A stretch of 64,000 nt of DNA from Eledone cirrhosa (GCA_964016885.1 OZ024757.1:39804001-39868000), one strand, 5' to 3'. Counted from the first letter of the stretch, positions 31,525 to 45,488 are shown. Notes: generated by a model from the letters alone, not told the origin. Program-made: numbers and translations.

Positions 31525-31775
31525 TTGATCACATGCTGAGGGACAGAACAAACATTATCCACCATCTTGAGCAGTTATTGTGTTTGTTATTGGAAATAGG
31601 TTAATATTAGTGTTTATGTTTCATTAATAAACCAAACACGAGACACATTAGAGTTACCATTACTACCGAGAGATATTTAGATACTTAGGACAACAGATAC
31701 ACAAGTATTAGAGCATTGCCTTCACCAAATAGTCCTTATATACAATATAACAAACATACCTGTAGCTATATATTT

Positions 31776-31834
<59 letters not shown>

Positions 31835-31838
<4 letters not shown>

Positions 31839-32015
31839 AACCAGTAAGACCCCGACGGCTGAGCTCAAGCCGTTTCGACGGCTAATTCGCCGTCGAAACG
31901 GCTTGAGCTCAGCCGTCGGGGTCTTACTGGTTCCTATTACCCACTCTACTACCCCAAGTATTGAGTACTTTGGTGCGTTATGGTCCACCTGGTTCCTTAC
32001 CACATTTCCTTCATT
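31835..32015 (+). mobile_element. Family A hairpin-plus-tail element
   Basis: Perfect inverted arms about gacggc-taattc-gccgtc, plus tail. Confidence 0.85.
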
Positions 32016-32231
32016 ATATATATATATATATATATATACATACATATATATATATGCATATATATATATCTATGTATATATATATTTATATATATGTATA
32101 TATATGTATATATCAAGGAAACAAGAAGTGAATAAACAAGGGGATGCATTAACATAACATCGTATTAGTTTCACACTTAAACAGCTTGTATGTGTGTTTA
32201 CATAAATACATGGATATATATATATATATCT

Positions 32232-32442
32232 TAGTTGTTAGTTCCTCCAGTCCCTTGTGGAACATTGGGCGACGAGCTTCCTCCACTTGATCCTGTCACT
32301 GGCGACCCTTCTAGTACCTCTCCAGGTAATTCCAATCTCCCGCAGGTCCTCCCTGAATGTGCTCTGCCATGTTTTTCGTGGTCTTCCCCATTCTCTCCTG
32401 CCACCTTCTGGTACCCAATCCATCGCAATATGAGCAGGTTGA
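32232..32442 (-). mobile_element. RTE-clade LINE 3' fragment
   Basis: AMDWVPEGGRREWGRPRKTW...ASDRIKWRKLVAQC C-terminal motif. Confidence 0.8.
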
Positions 32443-32482
<40 letters not shown>

Positions 32483-32485
<3 letters not shown>

Positions 32486-32670
32486 CGAAGGAGTTGTGGT
32501 AAGGAACCAGATGGACCATAAAGCACCACAGTACTCAATACTTAGGGTAGTAGAGTGGGTAATAGGAAAATGTATGACCCCGACGGCAGAGCTCAAGTCG
32601 ATGTCCAGAAATAGCCGTAATATATTCCAGTTATGGTCCATCTGGTTCCTTACCACAACTCCTTCATTTT
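32483..32670 (-). mobile_element. Family A copy with inverted tails
   Basis: gaaggagttgtggtaaggaaccagatggaccataa / ttatggtccatctggttccttaccacaactccttc. Confidence 0.75.
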
Positions 32671-32680
32671 ATATATATAT

Positions 32681-32896
32681 GACAGTCCACGCTGTAATGT
32701 GGCCGTGTAGGCAACACGGTAAAAACCTCCCAGCCCCACACTGTAAATGTGGTTGGTGTTAGGAAGGGCATCCAACTGTAGAAAACCCGCCAGACAGTCC
32801 TATGCGAGCAAGACAACCACTCTTGCCTCAAGTGGGAAAACCCCCGTCCAAACCCATGCAAGCGTGGAACACGGACGCTAAACCTGATGATGATGA
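32681..32896 (+). mobile_element. Family 3 copy
   Basis: Same core and (TGA)n tail. Confidence 0.75.
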
Positions 32897-33491
32897 TATT
32901 TATTAAAATAACAGATTAAAGTTTAAGTAAAGAATCGCTCTACGGTTCTTATATATTTGATATATATTTAATATATATTTATCTCCTTATCGAGCCCTCT
33001 TTGGATTTTAGTCTTCAAATTTAATATTATATATGTGTGTGTGTGTGTGTGTGTGTATATATAAACAAACACACATGGATTACACAGTTGCATTATTGTT
33101 CTTAGCCTAACATCGACACTTCACTCAAATTACAACAGTATGATAATGAATCACTATATATCCATCTCTGTGATTTACATATGATCTGCAATTATAACGT
33201 CAAGGATCATACACAAGTAGGAAGACGATACATCCTACTGTACATAGCTCTACAATCATGATGAGTCATATTTCATATCTCTGTAGGCTCTGTTTCAACA
33301 AGCTCTTGTAAACATATTGAGAACATAAGAACACACTCTACAGATATGTATATATGTATGTATGTATATATGTATGTATATATATATATATATATACTAA
33401 TTTTATCATATGTAACCCATGTGCAACCACACAGTATTCCTCTTTCTTCTCATGTCTTTTATATATATATATATATATAAATATATATATT

Positions 33492-33848
33492 TAAAGGTTA
33501 AAGAAGGTTCAATGAATAAATCAAAGAATGAGTTTTACAATAGATTGGAAACACTCAACAGTTTCGTTTTCCGGAGTTATTAATATTAATTCAAAATATT
33601 AACAAAAATAGATATTCTTGTGATCAATTATATTTTATTATACATATTTCAGAGGTACTGAGTTAACTTCAACAGTACATCCTCATCAGATAAAATAAGA
33701 TGATGCATGACATACCCTGACATAGTAGATGGTTAAGATTCAGTCATGATGAGGACGTACTGTCGAAGTTAAATCAGTACCTCTGAAATATGTATAATAA
33801 AATATACTTGATCACAAGAATATCTATTTTGTTAATATTTTGAATTTA
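33492..33848 (-). mobile_element. Family D hairpin-plus-tail element with an HHR (33631-33697, minus)
   Basis: About 100-bp arms; tattttat-CTGATGA-ggatgtactg...cagtacctct-GAAA-tatgta-TA-ataaaata. Confidence 0.8.
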
Positions 33849-33879
33849 TATATATATATATAATGTATATATATATATA

Positions 33880-34047
33880 TTGGCAAATATATGAGATCCT
33901 TGGTACAGTTAGGTATATTTGAAAAAAAGGAAAATAATAATTGCACTTGTAGTTGTAAATAATTTGATTTAATTTTATATTATGAGTTGGTAGATCTACC
34001 AACTCATAATATTATAAAATTAAATCAAATTATTTAGAACTACAAGT
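33880..34047 (-). mobile_element. Family H hairpin-plus-tail element (no HHR seen)
   Basis: Palindrome centred on agttggtagatctaccaact; second copy at 56368-56576. Confidence 0.7.
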
Positions 34048-34535
34048 TATATGATGCCTGTGTGAGATGTGCAATGCTGCATGGTAGTGAGACATGGGCA
34101 GCAACTGCAGAGGATATGCGACGGCTGGAGAGAAATGAAGCAATCATGCTCTGTTGGATGTGCAATGTCAATGTCTGTGAACGATCAAGCATAGATAAGT
34201 TGAGAGAGAAACTGTGTATAAGAGGGATAAGCTGTAGTGTGTGTGAGAGAAGACTGCATTGGTATGGACATGTGATGTGTATGGAGGATGACCGCTGGGT
34301 AAAGAAGTGCCAAGAAATCCCACTAGAAGAAAGACGCAGTAGAGGAAGACCACGAAAAACATGGGCGGAGTTGGTGAGACATGGGCGGAGTTGGTGAGAG
34401 CTGACCTGAGATCAGTGAAGGTCACAAAGGAGATGACAAAGGACCGTGATGAATGGAGAAATGCTGTACTGAATAGAACCCGTCCCACCCTTCAAAGCAG
34501 GAAAAGCAGATGTAAAATGATGATGATGATGATGA
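34048..34535 (+). mobile_element. RTE-clade LINE 3' fragment with (TGA)n tail
   Basis: MLHGSETW...RRLHWYGHV...RGRPRKTW...DRDEWR. The same 3' end recurs as short reverse copies at about 16657-16699 and 54056-54098. Confidence 0.88.
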
Positions 34536-35436
34536 TAATATATATAATAATGGTAATAAATGAAAGATATATACTTTATATGATCTCTATTTATTTTGTT
34601 TCAAAGACGCACAATTTTATGTATAACATAAACCAGAACATGTCCTCTTCAGACAAAATATATATGTGATGTATAAGTTTTTCATGATATGCTGGTAGAC
34701 AAACAAGCTGGGCAGATCAGTGACCGCCAAGAATATTATATATATATATATATATTTATAAATATAGGGTTAGGGTGTGTGTTTACACAAATAAATGCAT
34801 ATATATGATATAAGTATATAATTTAATTCTTATTACATTTTCACGCACACATGCTTATATATATATATATGCACATGCGTGTTTTTGTGTATGCATGTCT
34901 GATTGTGTGTGTTTATGGCTGTTATGTGTATATATGTGTGTGTGTGTGTGCAACACTCTTCGTTACATTTACAAGAATATGACTGAATGAATCTATGACT
35001 TTGTATTTCTGTATGTCTGTGAAAACAATGTCTCTGTGTGATGTATAATATATAAACATTTTATGCTACTTCACTCTACATAATTTCGTTTATTGATGTG
35101 AAGGTTGAATCTTCTATTTCCACCAGAATCCAAACATAAAATATCCTCTTAATTCAATATGATAGAAGTGTTTTAAAATATCCATTAGAGGCATTAGGTA
35201 GGAATATATGTTCTGGTCGTTTTCAGTTCTGTTGCTCACTGTTTGATATATATATATGCGAGAAAGAGAGATAGAGATAGAGAAATTAAGAGAAAAGGGA
35301 AGTAGAAAGAAAGTGTGAGAGAGAGATACATCGTATTGCAGTAGAGATAGTAACAACACCAAATTTCTTTTTTCCCATGGTGTAATAAATCCTTATAAAA
35401 AGGTATTGGCAAAAATTTCTTTGTTTCTCTGTATTT

Positions 35437-35491
35437 GAGAGAGAGAGAGAGAGAGGGAGAGGGAGCGAGGGGGGAAAGAGGGAGAGGGAGA

Positions 35492-35573
<82 letters not shown>
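35437..35573. repeat. (GA)n microsatellite
   Basis: Direct inspection. Confidence 0.95.
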
Positions 35574-35576
<3 letters not shown>

Positions 35577-35804
35577 ATCAGAATTTATTTTCAGCCCGAG
35601 GCTATTCTAGGATACTCTTCTGCAAAGTAACCAGGGGGTAAACGAACTTCTCAATGATGATATCACACCTATACCAATGTTGGTAACTCTTTTGTTGCTA
35701 TCAGAATGTGTCTAAATACTATCTGGATATAAAATGTTACTAAACTACCTATTCCAAATACCTTCATTCTTACACGTTAGAATATCTTCATTAAGTTTCT
35801 TGTC

Positions 35805-36048
35805 TAAGGTCTGTCTCAATCTGGGAGCTCGCTAGGCCGGTGCTTAGCCTCGTTTCATGGCATGAAGCGACTGAAAGAACAAGATTCCACCTGGACACAA
35901 CGCCAGTCCATTGCAGAATTAAACCCCCAGTTATTGCTGGTACTCATTTTCAGCTGTGTATACTGTAGAAACATGAAATGAAGTGTTTTGCTCAAGAACA
36001 CAACATACAACCCAGTCCAACACCCTCACCACTAAGCCACACACCTCC
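35805..36048 (-). mobile_element. SINE family 2 copy
   Basis: ttgctggtactcattttcagctg...aaatgaagtgttttgctcaagaaca. Confidence 0.78.
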
Positions 36049-37366
36049 ATTCATCGAGTTTACGTTAATCATATATTACTCTACACAGCTCAGTATATCT
36101 TCATTGTAACTGAATTATATTTATAGCATGATTGGGCTTTGTAGGCTTCATAACAGTTTCAAGGGCTTACAATGTAATGCTTAATCTAACTACCACTGTG
36201 AATATAGATTGCATAAATATGAATTATGATGTCATAAATGTAGATGTTTTAAGTACAGTTATAATATCATATATCATATTTATACAATTCCCAGCCTCTA
36301 TAAGTGATGAGTTATATACAGAACTGCATTGTCAATCATACGATATTGCTGCTTCTTAACAGATGTAACAATGAATGTGATACAAGTATGTATAGCTTTT
36401 GATGAGCTTCCGCAATCTAATATGCCTTTGGTATGTTAGATTTGCTGTCTGTGCTTCTACAATAATCTGATTCATTTGGGGTTTCAAGTTAATTTTAGTA
36501 AGAGAATACTTATGTGTAAACCCAGCGCAGAAGGAAAGATGTATGAAAAACTACCAAAGAAGAAAATACATATATACAAAAAGTAGCAAAGAGGGAAAGA
36601 CATGAATATCTACCAAAGAAATTTATTAATGTTTTTTGTCTCTTATTCCATAGATATATACTTTTCAGTACAAAGTACTTTTGGAATATATTCTCTGATA
36701 AACGTGCACAATAAACGAAAGGAATCATTTTACATATAGAGAAAAAAAAAACTAAATCTACAGCTAGATTCCACAAGTTTCATTAGTTTTTACATCTCAA
36801 CAATCTATCTGCCATTATCGCTGGATTGGCAATATCAGTAGATTGTTGGACAACATGCTTTGTGGCATAGAATTACAGATTTTTACGTTCTGAGTTCAAA
36901 TCCTGCTCAGCTCTGCCTTTCATCATTCATATATAGATTTACCCTTCATTGCGAACAACGGTTCACTATCAGACAATGGCAAACTACATACCGATACCTG
37001 AAGCAGTTCCTCACCAAATAACCAACATTTAATTTTTCCTGTCTTTCTGATATTTGCATATGAACTACTTCCAATGCGTTAATTATTAGCATAACATTTG
37101 GTGCATGTTTCATTTCGTTTGTAATTATAGTCATTTATATTTGATTATCGTTCACACTTAACTATTTCATCAAAGACACAATTTTTGAGCTGTTTCAGTG
37201 CTGTTTCTTACTGATATTAAAACGACAACACATTGAAATGTAAAGACAATTTCATTTCATTTTCCTTAAGAGATGTTGATATTTTTCATCACAAGTAAGA
37301 ATGCACTCACATCTGCAGAAAAGATGAATATGTGTGCATATATTTAACAACGTCTCATCTATATTG

Positions 37367-37759
37367 TGGAGGAGTTTGGCCTAATGGTAAGAGTGTTGGT
37401 ATTACGATCTTACTGCTGTGGTTTCGATTCCTGGACTGGGTTGTGTAATGAGTTCTTGAGCAAAACACTTCATTTTATGTTGCTCAAATGGTAAGGGTGT
37501 TGGATCTACAATCATAATTCGGGGCTTCGATTCCTGGACTGGGTTGTGTGTTATGGTCTTGAGCAAAACATCTCATTTTATATTGCTCCAGTATACTCAG
37601 CTGAAAAAAAAAATGAGTACCAGCAATAGCTGGGGATTTAACCCTATGACAGACTAGCAACTTGTGCAGACAATAATCTTGTACTCTCAGTCACTTCACA
37701 CCATGGAAACCAGGATAAGCACCGACCTGATGAACCTCCAGGCTCGAGACAGACTTTAG
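37367..37759 (+). mobile_element. tRNA-derived SINE family 2 with duplicated head
   Basis: tggcctaatggtaa / gtttcgattcc boxes; core tcttgagcaaaacacttcattt...gctccagtatactcagctgaaa..tgagtaccagcaa. Confidence 0.8.
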
Positions 37760-38179
37760 TCAATTTAGAATTAGCATAGTTGTTACAACATCAGATAGAA
37801 TTCTGTGTGGAACTCATTCAGCCACTCTGTGCTTTGAGTTCAAGTCTGACTGAGATCAACCATACCCTAAATCTTTTCGGGGTTGATTAAATAACTAACA
37901 GTCTAATACTGGGGTTAATTCTTCCCCCATATCTACTCTCCCTCTCTCTAAGAAGAAGAAAAAGAAAAAGAAACAGAAACAGAAAAAGAAAACAAAGAAG
38001 AAATTGGCTGTGCTCAGACACAGAAACGGGACATAGATGTATGCATATATGTATTATGTATGTACAAATGCATAATACATATACACGTACATGTGTACAT
38101 ACATATAAACTGGTACACATAAATACATATATACACAAACATATAAACACACACATACATACAGACACACACATATATA

Positions 38180-38374
38180 TTTAATATAGAAATGGCTTCT
38201 ACAGGACTAGAATTGTTTCATTCGGGAGAAATCACCAGGAAGCTTCCTGATGATTTCTCCCGAATGAAACAGTTCTAGTCCTGTAGAAAGCATTTCCATA
38301 TTAAATATTTATACTCTGCTATGTATTGAGTAGCTTACTTACTGTGGACACCCTCGATTGAATCCGGGATAAAC
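38180..38374 (+). mobile_element. Family B hairpin-plus-tail element with an HHR (38241-38291)
   Basis: Apex ggaagcttcc; gcttc-CTGATGA-tttc tccc gaat-GAAA-cag ttctagtc ctg-TA-gaaagc. Confidence 0.82.
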
Positions 38375-38498
38375 ATATATATACACATATATACATATTT
38401 TTAAATGTATAGGAAAAACAAACACTAGGCGTGAAGTATAGAAAAATGAAGAATTTTATCAAAAGTTTGTACATTTATTCATATATATATATATATAT

Positions 38499-38588
38499 AT
38501 ACAAAATATAAAACAATCAAATCTTAGTTTAATACATTTTAGCAATTAAATGTATTAAACTAAGATTTGATTGTTTTATATTTTGTAT
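38499..38588. repeat. About 40-bp-arm inverted repeat next to (TA)n, probably another hairpin-plus-tail element
   Basis: acaaaatataaaacaatcaaatcttagtttaatacattt / aaatgtattaaactaagatttgattgttttatattttgt. Confidence 0.75.
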
Positions 38589-39804
38589 CTCGGCTCAGTA
38601 ATACATTTGATAATTTAGAAGATTGGAGGAAAATCACAAAATTGTAATAATTTCCAGGGTCATTAGCAAAATAGGAGAAATGGATTAATGGATTATGAAG
38701 GACAATTAAATGATATTGGACCACGAACTTAACTACTGAGAATTCACGACTGTATAATTATATTATTTAGTGCATATAATTATGCACGTACACACACACA
38801 CATATGGAACATTAATAATCTTACAAGACAAATGCATAAACGTGTATATATATATATAATATATATATATTATATATATAAATATATATATATATGCATA
38901 TATAAATATATGTATATATAAATAAATAATTATTTACATATATAAATAAATAATATATAAATAAATAATATATATATATGGGAGATGTTTATGAAAAATA
39001 TGTATGATACGCGTATATACGATAAACGTATGAGTAGCAAGGAAAACATTCTCCATTTTCTTATATGAATAAATCAGAATTGCGACTATGTTCTGAGAAC
39101 GTCCTGCAGTGCTGTTTCAAGATTTGCTAATCTTTCATATTCACCTCTCCCACACTCCCTATATATATATTATACATGCACAGCTACCAATTCAAATATA
39201 AATACATTCAAACTCACACACATACAAAAGTGCATACAAACGCAAACACCACACATACATTATATATATACACACACACACACTCACACATGTAACGGCA
39301 GTAGATGCCAAAATCGCTAGAGCGTCGAACAAAATACTCGGCGCTAATTCTTTTTTGTATTTTCCCATTTTGTTTTCAAATGAAACCATGGTTATTTTTG
39401 CATTTCATTATTCTTGACTTGACAAATTTTTACCAAAATCAATGAAATACTATATGCAATTTTTTCGATTATAATCGATATATATATATATATATATATA
39501 ATTATATATATATATATATACACATATCAGGAACTGGAACCTCTAATACAGATCGATGTTTTCTTCAACCTTCTTTCTGGAAACATCTGCGATGACCCTG
39601 CTATAAATCTGTGTTGGGTATAATATTTCTCTTGGTAAACATAAAAGGATTTTCACCTAGTGCATGTGTAAATGGCATTCTTCCAGGTAATCTTACCCAG
39701 GTATGCTCCCTGTAGACATGACACTAACGTTGTCCCTGAGATTCTTTTCGTGTTTTCAAGATTCATGCGTCTTCCAAAGATGAGATATATATATATATGA
39801 TATA

Positions 39805-39835
<31 letters not shown>

Positions 39836-39872
39836 CTGCTGATATGAAAATTTATGGTGCTGGTGGTGATTG

Positions 39873-39876
<4 letters not shown>

Positions 39877-39912
<36 letters not shown>

Positions 39913-40621
39913 TGTATACATATATATATATATACATATACATATACATATATATACATATACATATACATATATATACATATATACATACATATACATA
40001 TATATACATATATACATACATATACATATACATACATATATACATATACATATATATATACAATAAATATATATATACAATAAATATATATATACATATA
40101 CATATATATACATATACATATATATACATATATATATACACACATATATATACATATATATATACACACATATATATATATATACATATATATACACATA
40201 TATATATATACATATATATACACATATATATATACATATATATACACATATATATATATATACATATATATACACATATATATATATATACACATATATA
40301 TATATATACACATATATATATATATACACATATATATATATATACACATATATATATATATACACATATATATATATATACACATATATATATATACACA
40401 TATATATATACACATATATATATACACATATATATATACACATATATATATACACATATATATATATACACATATATATATATACACATATATATATACA
40501 CATATATATATACACATATATATATATACACATATATATATACACATATATATATATACATATATATATACACATATATATATATACACATATATATATA
40601 CACATATATATATACACACAC

Positions 40622-40652
<31 letters not shown>

Positions 40653-40764
40653 CATATATACATATACATATACATATATACATATACATACATATATATA
40701 TATACATACATGTATATACATACATATATATCCATACATATATATACATACATATATATACATA
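39877..40764. repeat. (TA)n/(CA) array
   Basis: Direct inspection. Confidence 0.95.
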
Positions 40765-41654
40765 CAGGGTGAGGACAATATTTATTCGCAATTTTCAACT
40801 GCTAATTTTATGCAAATTTTTTTTACTTCCGTTGTCACTCTTGTCTTCATAAAACAGTGACTATATTTCCATTATTTATTTTCAGAATAATTGATTATGA
40901 ATAATTTTGAACCTCCAAATTTGTGGAAGAGACACGGAGTTCTTCTTGGAATCTGTGCTGGGAGGACAAATAAGGAAATTTCAGACTTTCTCAGCATCAG
41001 CAGGAGAATGGTGTCTCATCCAAAGACGAGCCCAGAGTCATGCAGACAAAGTTTCCAGCGACAACATTGGTCTTAGGTGTTGTCATCAGACAAGGTGACG
41101 TCATGCCACCTCACTTCTTCCCTGCGAGCCTCAAGCTGAACACCGATGGCTACATCCGCGTTCTGAGCGAGGTAGTAAAGCCCTGGATCGACCAGGTAGT
41201 TGCAGGTAGGCCGTACTTGTGGCAGCAAGACTCAGCGCCCTGCCATACCAGCCGAAAGATCCAAGCCTGGCTGTCAGAGAACTTCGTCGACCACACTTCA
41301 CCTGACATCTGGCCTCCCAGCTTGCCTGACTGCAACCCCCTTGACTTTTTTGTGTGGGGCGCAGTGGAACGAGACACCAACAGATCTAGCTGCAATACGA
41401 AAGACGATCTGAAGGTCAGGATCACAAGTGCCTTTAGGGGCCTAAGTCGGGGGAAGTGACGAAGGCCTGTAGCTGGTACCGAGGCCACCTTGAGGCTGTC
41501 ATCAAAGCCAATGGCGGGTTTATCAAGGGAGATTGAAAGAACAAGTCATGAAGACAAACTGACCCAGGTTTGATAAATATATCTTAAAAAATAAAACTAC
41601 TGTGTTATTTTTTCCTAGACAGGAATCTTGCGAACAAATATCATCCGCACCCTG
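40765..41654 (+). mobile_element. Internally deleted Tc1/mariner-superfamily DNA transposon, DD37D (maT) type
   Basis: Imperfect 27-bp TIRs (CAGGGTGAGGACAATATTTATTCGCAA / reverse complement CAGGGTGCGGATGATATTTGTTCGCAA), TA on both sides. Confidence 0.9.
40897..41535 (+). pseudogene. maT transposase remnant
   Basis: QQDSAPCH...WPPSLPDCNPLDFFVW with 37 residues between the last two Asp. First catalytic Asp region is missing and the frame is broken. Confidence 0.85.
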
Positions 41655-41661
41655 TATTTAC

Positions 41662-41704
<43 letters not shown>

Positions 41705-42894
41705 GGTGTGTGTAGGTGTGTGTGTCTGTGTGTGAGAGAGAGAGAGAGAAAAAGAGAGAAAGAAAGGTGGTGAAGAAACAATCAAAGTACGACTCCTCCA
41801 TTTTTCGTGAAAATACAGCCTGAAATTATTTTAAATGGTTTTAAAAAACATACAAATAAAGGAGAAAGATACAAAACAAATATAGAAAACAGACAAAGAA
41901 GCAAGCAATCAAGCAAATATATAAAGATTTGTTGTTATTTTATATTTGTAAAAATTAGTAGGGTGACAAAGGAGATAAGTATCGATTTAGTGACATTCAT
42001 GCATTATCTGAAAGGTATTAGTAAGATAATTGAAGTGAAAAAGAGTCGACCGAAATTCGAAACCTCGTTGCATATTTTGAATTATAAGAGTTTATTATCT
42101 GTTTACTAAAGAAATATTTATTTATAAACAAAATTAACTCGAATATCGAGTTTTGAAAACGTGAGTGTATTAGCATTTGTAGGATAGGAAAATGGAAAAA
42201 CTCAACGTAAGGAAGTTGTTAAAACAGCAAAATACTGTTGAAACAGCATAGGATAGAAATCAGCAGCTCGGTGAGTAGGCACATATGTATATCATGACTC
42301 GAACACTATTCACTTCCCTGACATTTGTATATTATTCTATGTACTATACATACACCTTTGATGAGTTGTAGTGCACCTGAGCACTGTACACAATAATTTC
42401 ATTAGTATTATTAAGGAAGAAATAGAATGGATGATAGATCACACATATTTAAATACATTCATCAGCTTTCAGACCACCTGCAGTTTCGATGGTTTTGCTG
42501 AAAGATATTTATCTATATTTGATATGGTCAACCATACATCTATCCATCTACTGGGATTCAACTCCTGTTTGGTTTGTAGGGGCAATGTGGTGTTGTAAAA
42601 TACTGCTGTCCATGGCCCAACAAGTCTGGAGGAGACTGTCAATTCCCAGACTGGAATTCATCTGAGGTTTACCGGAGAGAGGGTAAAGAATTATTCAGCC
42701 CAGTAGTGGACTGACTGTTGCTTTGTCTACATTTATCAATCTCAAATTCACCCAATCTACAGCCCCTACTTTGGTAGTTTATTTATCGACCAGGATATAA
42801 TAAAACATAAAATCAACCTCAGTGGGATTTGAACTCAGAACACTCTCAACTGAAATAAATGCTGAGACATTTAATCCCACACCCAGTGAAAAGT

Positions 42895-43165
42895 CTAAAG
42901 TCTGTCTCGAGCCTGAAGGCTCATGAGGCTGTTACTTATCCCGGTTTCCATGGCATGAAGGGATTTAGAGTATAAGACATCTCCCCCTTAGAGAAGACAC
43001 AAGTCCATCTCAGGGCTGAAGCCCCATCTATTGCTGGTACTCATTTTCAGCTGAGTATACTGGAGCAAACTGAAATGAAGTGTTTTGCTCAAGAACACCA
43101 CACAACCTAACGCAGTCTAGGAATTTAACCCATGACATTATGATAGTAAGTCCAACACACTGACA
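42895..43165 (-). mobile_element. SINE family 2 copy
   Basis: Same core as 35805-36048. Confidence 0.78.
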
Positions 43166-43183
43166 AAGGTGCCTAAATGGACA

Positions 43184-43280
43184 TAAGTCAATTTATTTAA
43201 GGTTCAGTTAAGAAGCGTAAATAAATTTAAGTCAACTTATTTAAGGCTGAGCTAAGGTGTGTAAATGAATTTAAGTCAAC
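43184..43280. repeat. About 44-bp tandem repeat, 2.2 copies
   Basis: taagtcaa recurs three times at a 44-nt period. Confidence 0.75.
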
Positions 43281-43930
43281 ATACATAAATATATGACTGA
43301 AACTAGACAATTTCAATTATAAAATTTGATGTGAACGTTGTAATTTACAGAAGAGCAGAGAACATATAATTACTGTAAATATTGTTAGATAATTAGTATT
43401 AAGTTAAGTTGCCTTGTGAGACCTCGTTATGTAACCTTTTGTCCGTGGATACAATGAGGGTATAAGAACTCGATAATATAAGATAATCTCACAATATATT
43501 CTCATAAATCCCACTGATTTGGTTATATGTTATATATGCTCATATAATTAATTTTAATTGTTAAATAGAATTAATTGTCCTGCAACTAGGAAACGAAATC
43601 CGTTCGCCAATTCATGCCTCTGGTAGCTTACATTCGACTTAAACATTCTACTGACAACATAACAGATGTATTATATATTAAATGGTATTGGAATATACTA
43701 CTGGTGGTTAGTTTTGACAAAATTCAATGGAAAAGATAACTTAAAAAGGAGGAAATATTTAGTGTGCTGTGATAAGAAGAAATATGTGTAAGGTTTAGGT
43801 ACGAAACCTTCATTTTTAGATGAAGGTTTCGACCTGTTCAAAACATGACCAAAAATTAGTAAATTTGTAAAGGATAAAGGTATGGAAATTTTTTAAAAAT
43901 ATTAAGTCAAATAAAATATCGAATGCTTAC

Positions 43931-44258
43931 CTTGCTGCATAAGGCAACCTATGGTAAACCACAAACTATTTAGAACAGTAAATTGATTATCCAGTTCGTC
44001 CGATCCGGATTCATACCACTCGTAGGGACTTAGCCTCGCAATAATGTAGAGCATAAAACTGACAACAAGATAGGCGGCGATGATGTATACCCATACCTCC
44101 GACGTGAGAGGAGAGAGGAACGAGAACAACTTGGGTGGTTTTTTCATCGGTCTCTTGTATAAAATGGTGATGCCAAGATTAAGGAACGGTTTAGTGAAAT
44201 CAATCACTTTTTCACGTTTATATGTAATGGACATACCAGCAACAGCTAAATCAGCTTT
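43931..44258 (-). CDS. GRIK-like: iGluR exon (S1 end, M1, M2 pore): [25 protein letters not shown]...[13 protein letters not shown](G)
   Basis: Acceptor tatttcag, donor gtaagc; 328 nt, phase 0/1. [19 protein letters not shown] and MQQG motifs. Confidence 0.97.
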
Positions 44259-44488
44259 CTGAAATACAAATACAATATTTTGTGTAAAAATATATATTAA
44301 ATAGTATCATATATACATATTTCTCTCTCCCCCACATCTTACATTTATATATATATATAATATATATATATATTATATACATATATATATATATATATCA
44401 TAAGAAAACAGTAAAAGATTAACTATAGGGCAAGGAATCCTTATAATATAATCTTTATATGTATGTATATATATATATATATATACAT

Positions 44489-44530
<42 letters not shown>

Positions 44531-44670
44531 GAGAGCATTGAAGTTTGCTTGAAGCATTGTGGAACAATAAGTAAATATCTTTAAGTTGTTTGGAAGCCTC
44601 GACAATGCAAATGGGTAAATCTCCAGGTCACGAGGTCCGGTGGTGGAGAGAGAGATGTAAGATTTATAAG

Positions 44671-44853
44671 GGCAGTGAATTGGCAGTATCGGTAGAGGGT
44701 TGGATGCCATGCTTTCTAGCATAGTTACGTCCCTTTACGGTTTGAGTTCAAATCCTGCCGAGGTTAACTTTGCTTTTCATCCTTACGGGATCAATAAAAT
44801 AAAGTACCAGTAATGTACTGGGTAATTGCTGGCCTTGTGCCTAAAGTAGAAAC

Positions 44854-44858
<5 letters not shown>
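44671..44858 (+). mobile_element. SINE family 1 copy
   Basis: Full-length match to the other copies. Confidence 0.85.
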
Positions 44859-44891
<33 letters not shown>

Positions 44892-44909
44892 CAAAAATAT
44901 ATATATATA

Positions 44910-45270
44910 TTATTCAAAATATTAATAAATGAAGACATTCACATAATCAAAATATATGTTTTATTATATATATTTCAAAGGTATTTAAAATACATGAATT
45001 GATGGTTCAATTCCAGTATTGGCAGAATTGAACCAACAAGACTGTTGAGGTATGTCATACATCAAATCATGTATTTTATCTGACGAGGATGTACTGAAAA
45101 ATCAGCACAGTACCTTTGAAATATATATAATAAAACATATATTTTGATTATGTGAATGTCTTCATTTATTAATATTTTGAATAATATTAATAACTCCAGA
45201 AAACTTCTTTGTAGAGTGCTTTTAATCTTTGTAAAACTATATTCATTGAGTAATCAATGAACCATATTAA
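44910..45270 (+). mobile_element. Family D element with an intact HHR core (45071-45137)
   Basis: ttttat-CTGACGA-ggatgtactg...cagtaccttt-GAAA-tatata-TA-ataaaa; about 75-bp inverted arm. Confidence 0.8.
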
Positions 45271-45280
45271 TATATATATA

Positions 45281-45488
45281 TAACGAAGGAAATGTGGTAA
45301 GGAACCAGGTGGACCATAACGCACCAAAGTACTCAATACTTAGGGTAGTAGAGTGGGTAATAGGAACCAGTAAGACCCCGACGGCTGAGCTCAAGCCGTT
45401 TCGACGGCTAATTCTGGACTAAGATTTAGTCCAGAATTAACTGTCGAAACGGCTTGAGCTCAGCCGTCGGGGTCTTACTGGTTCCTAT
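45281..45488 (-). mobile_element. Family A hairpin-plus-tail element
   Basis: Apex ggactaa-gat-ttagtcc; tail on the left. Confidence 0.85.

Noticed and set aside
34765-34776. TTAGGG-like telomeric motif (also near 61556)
   Set aside because: Two units or fewer; expected by chance.
36941-37080. Short open frame on the minus strand ending at a gtaaat donor
   Set aside because: No convincing acceptor or homology, and the flanking iGluR exons already join in frame.
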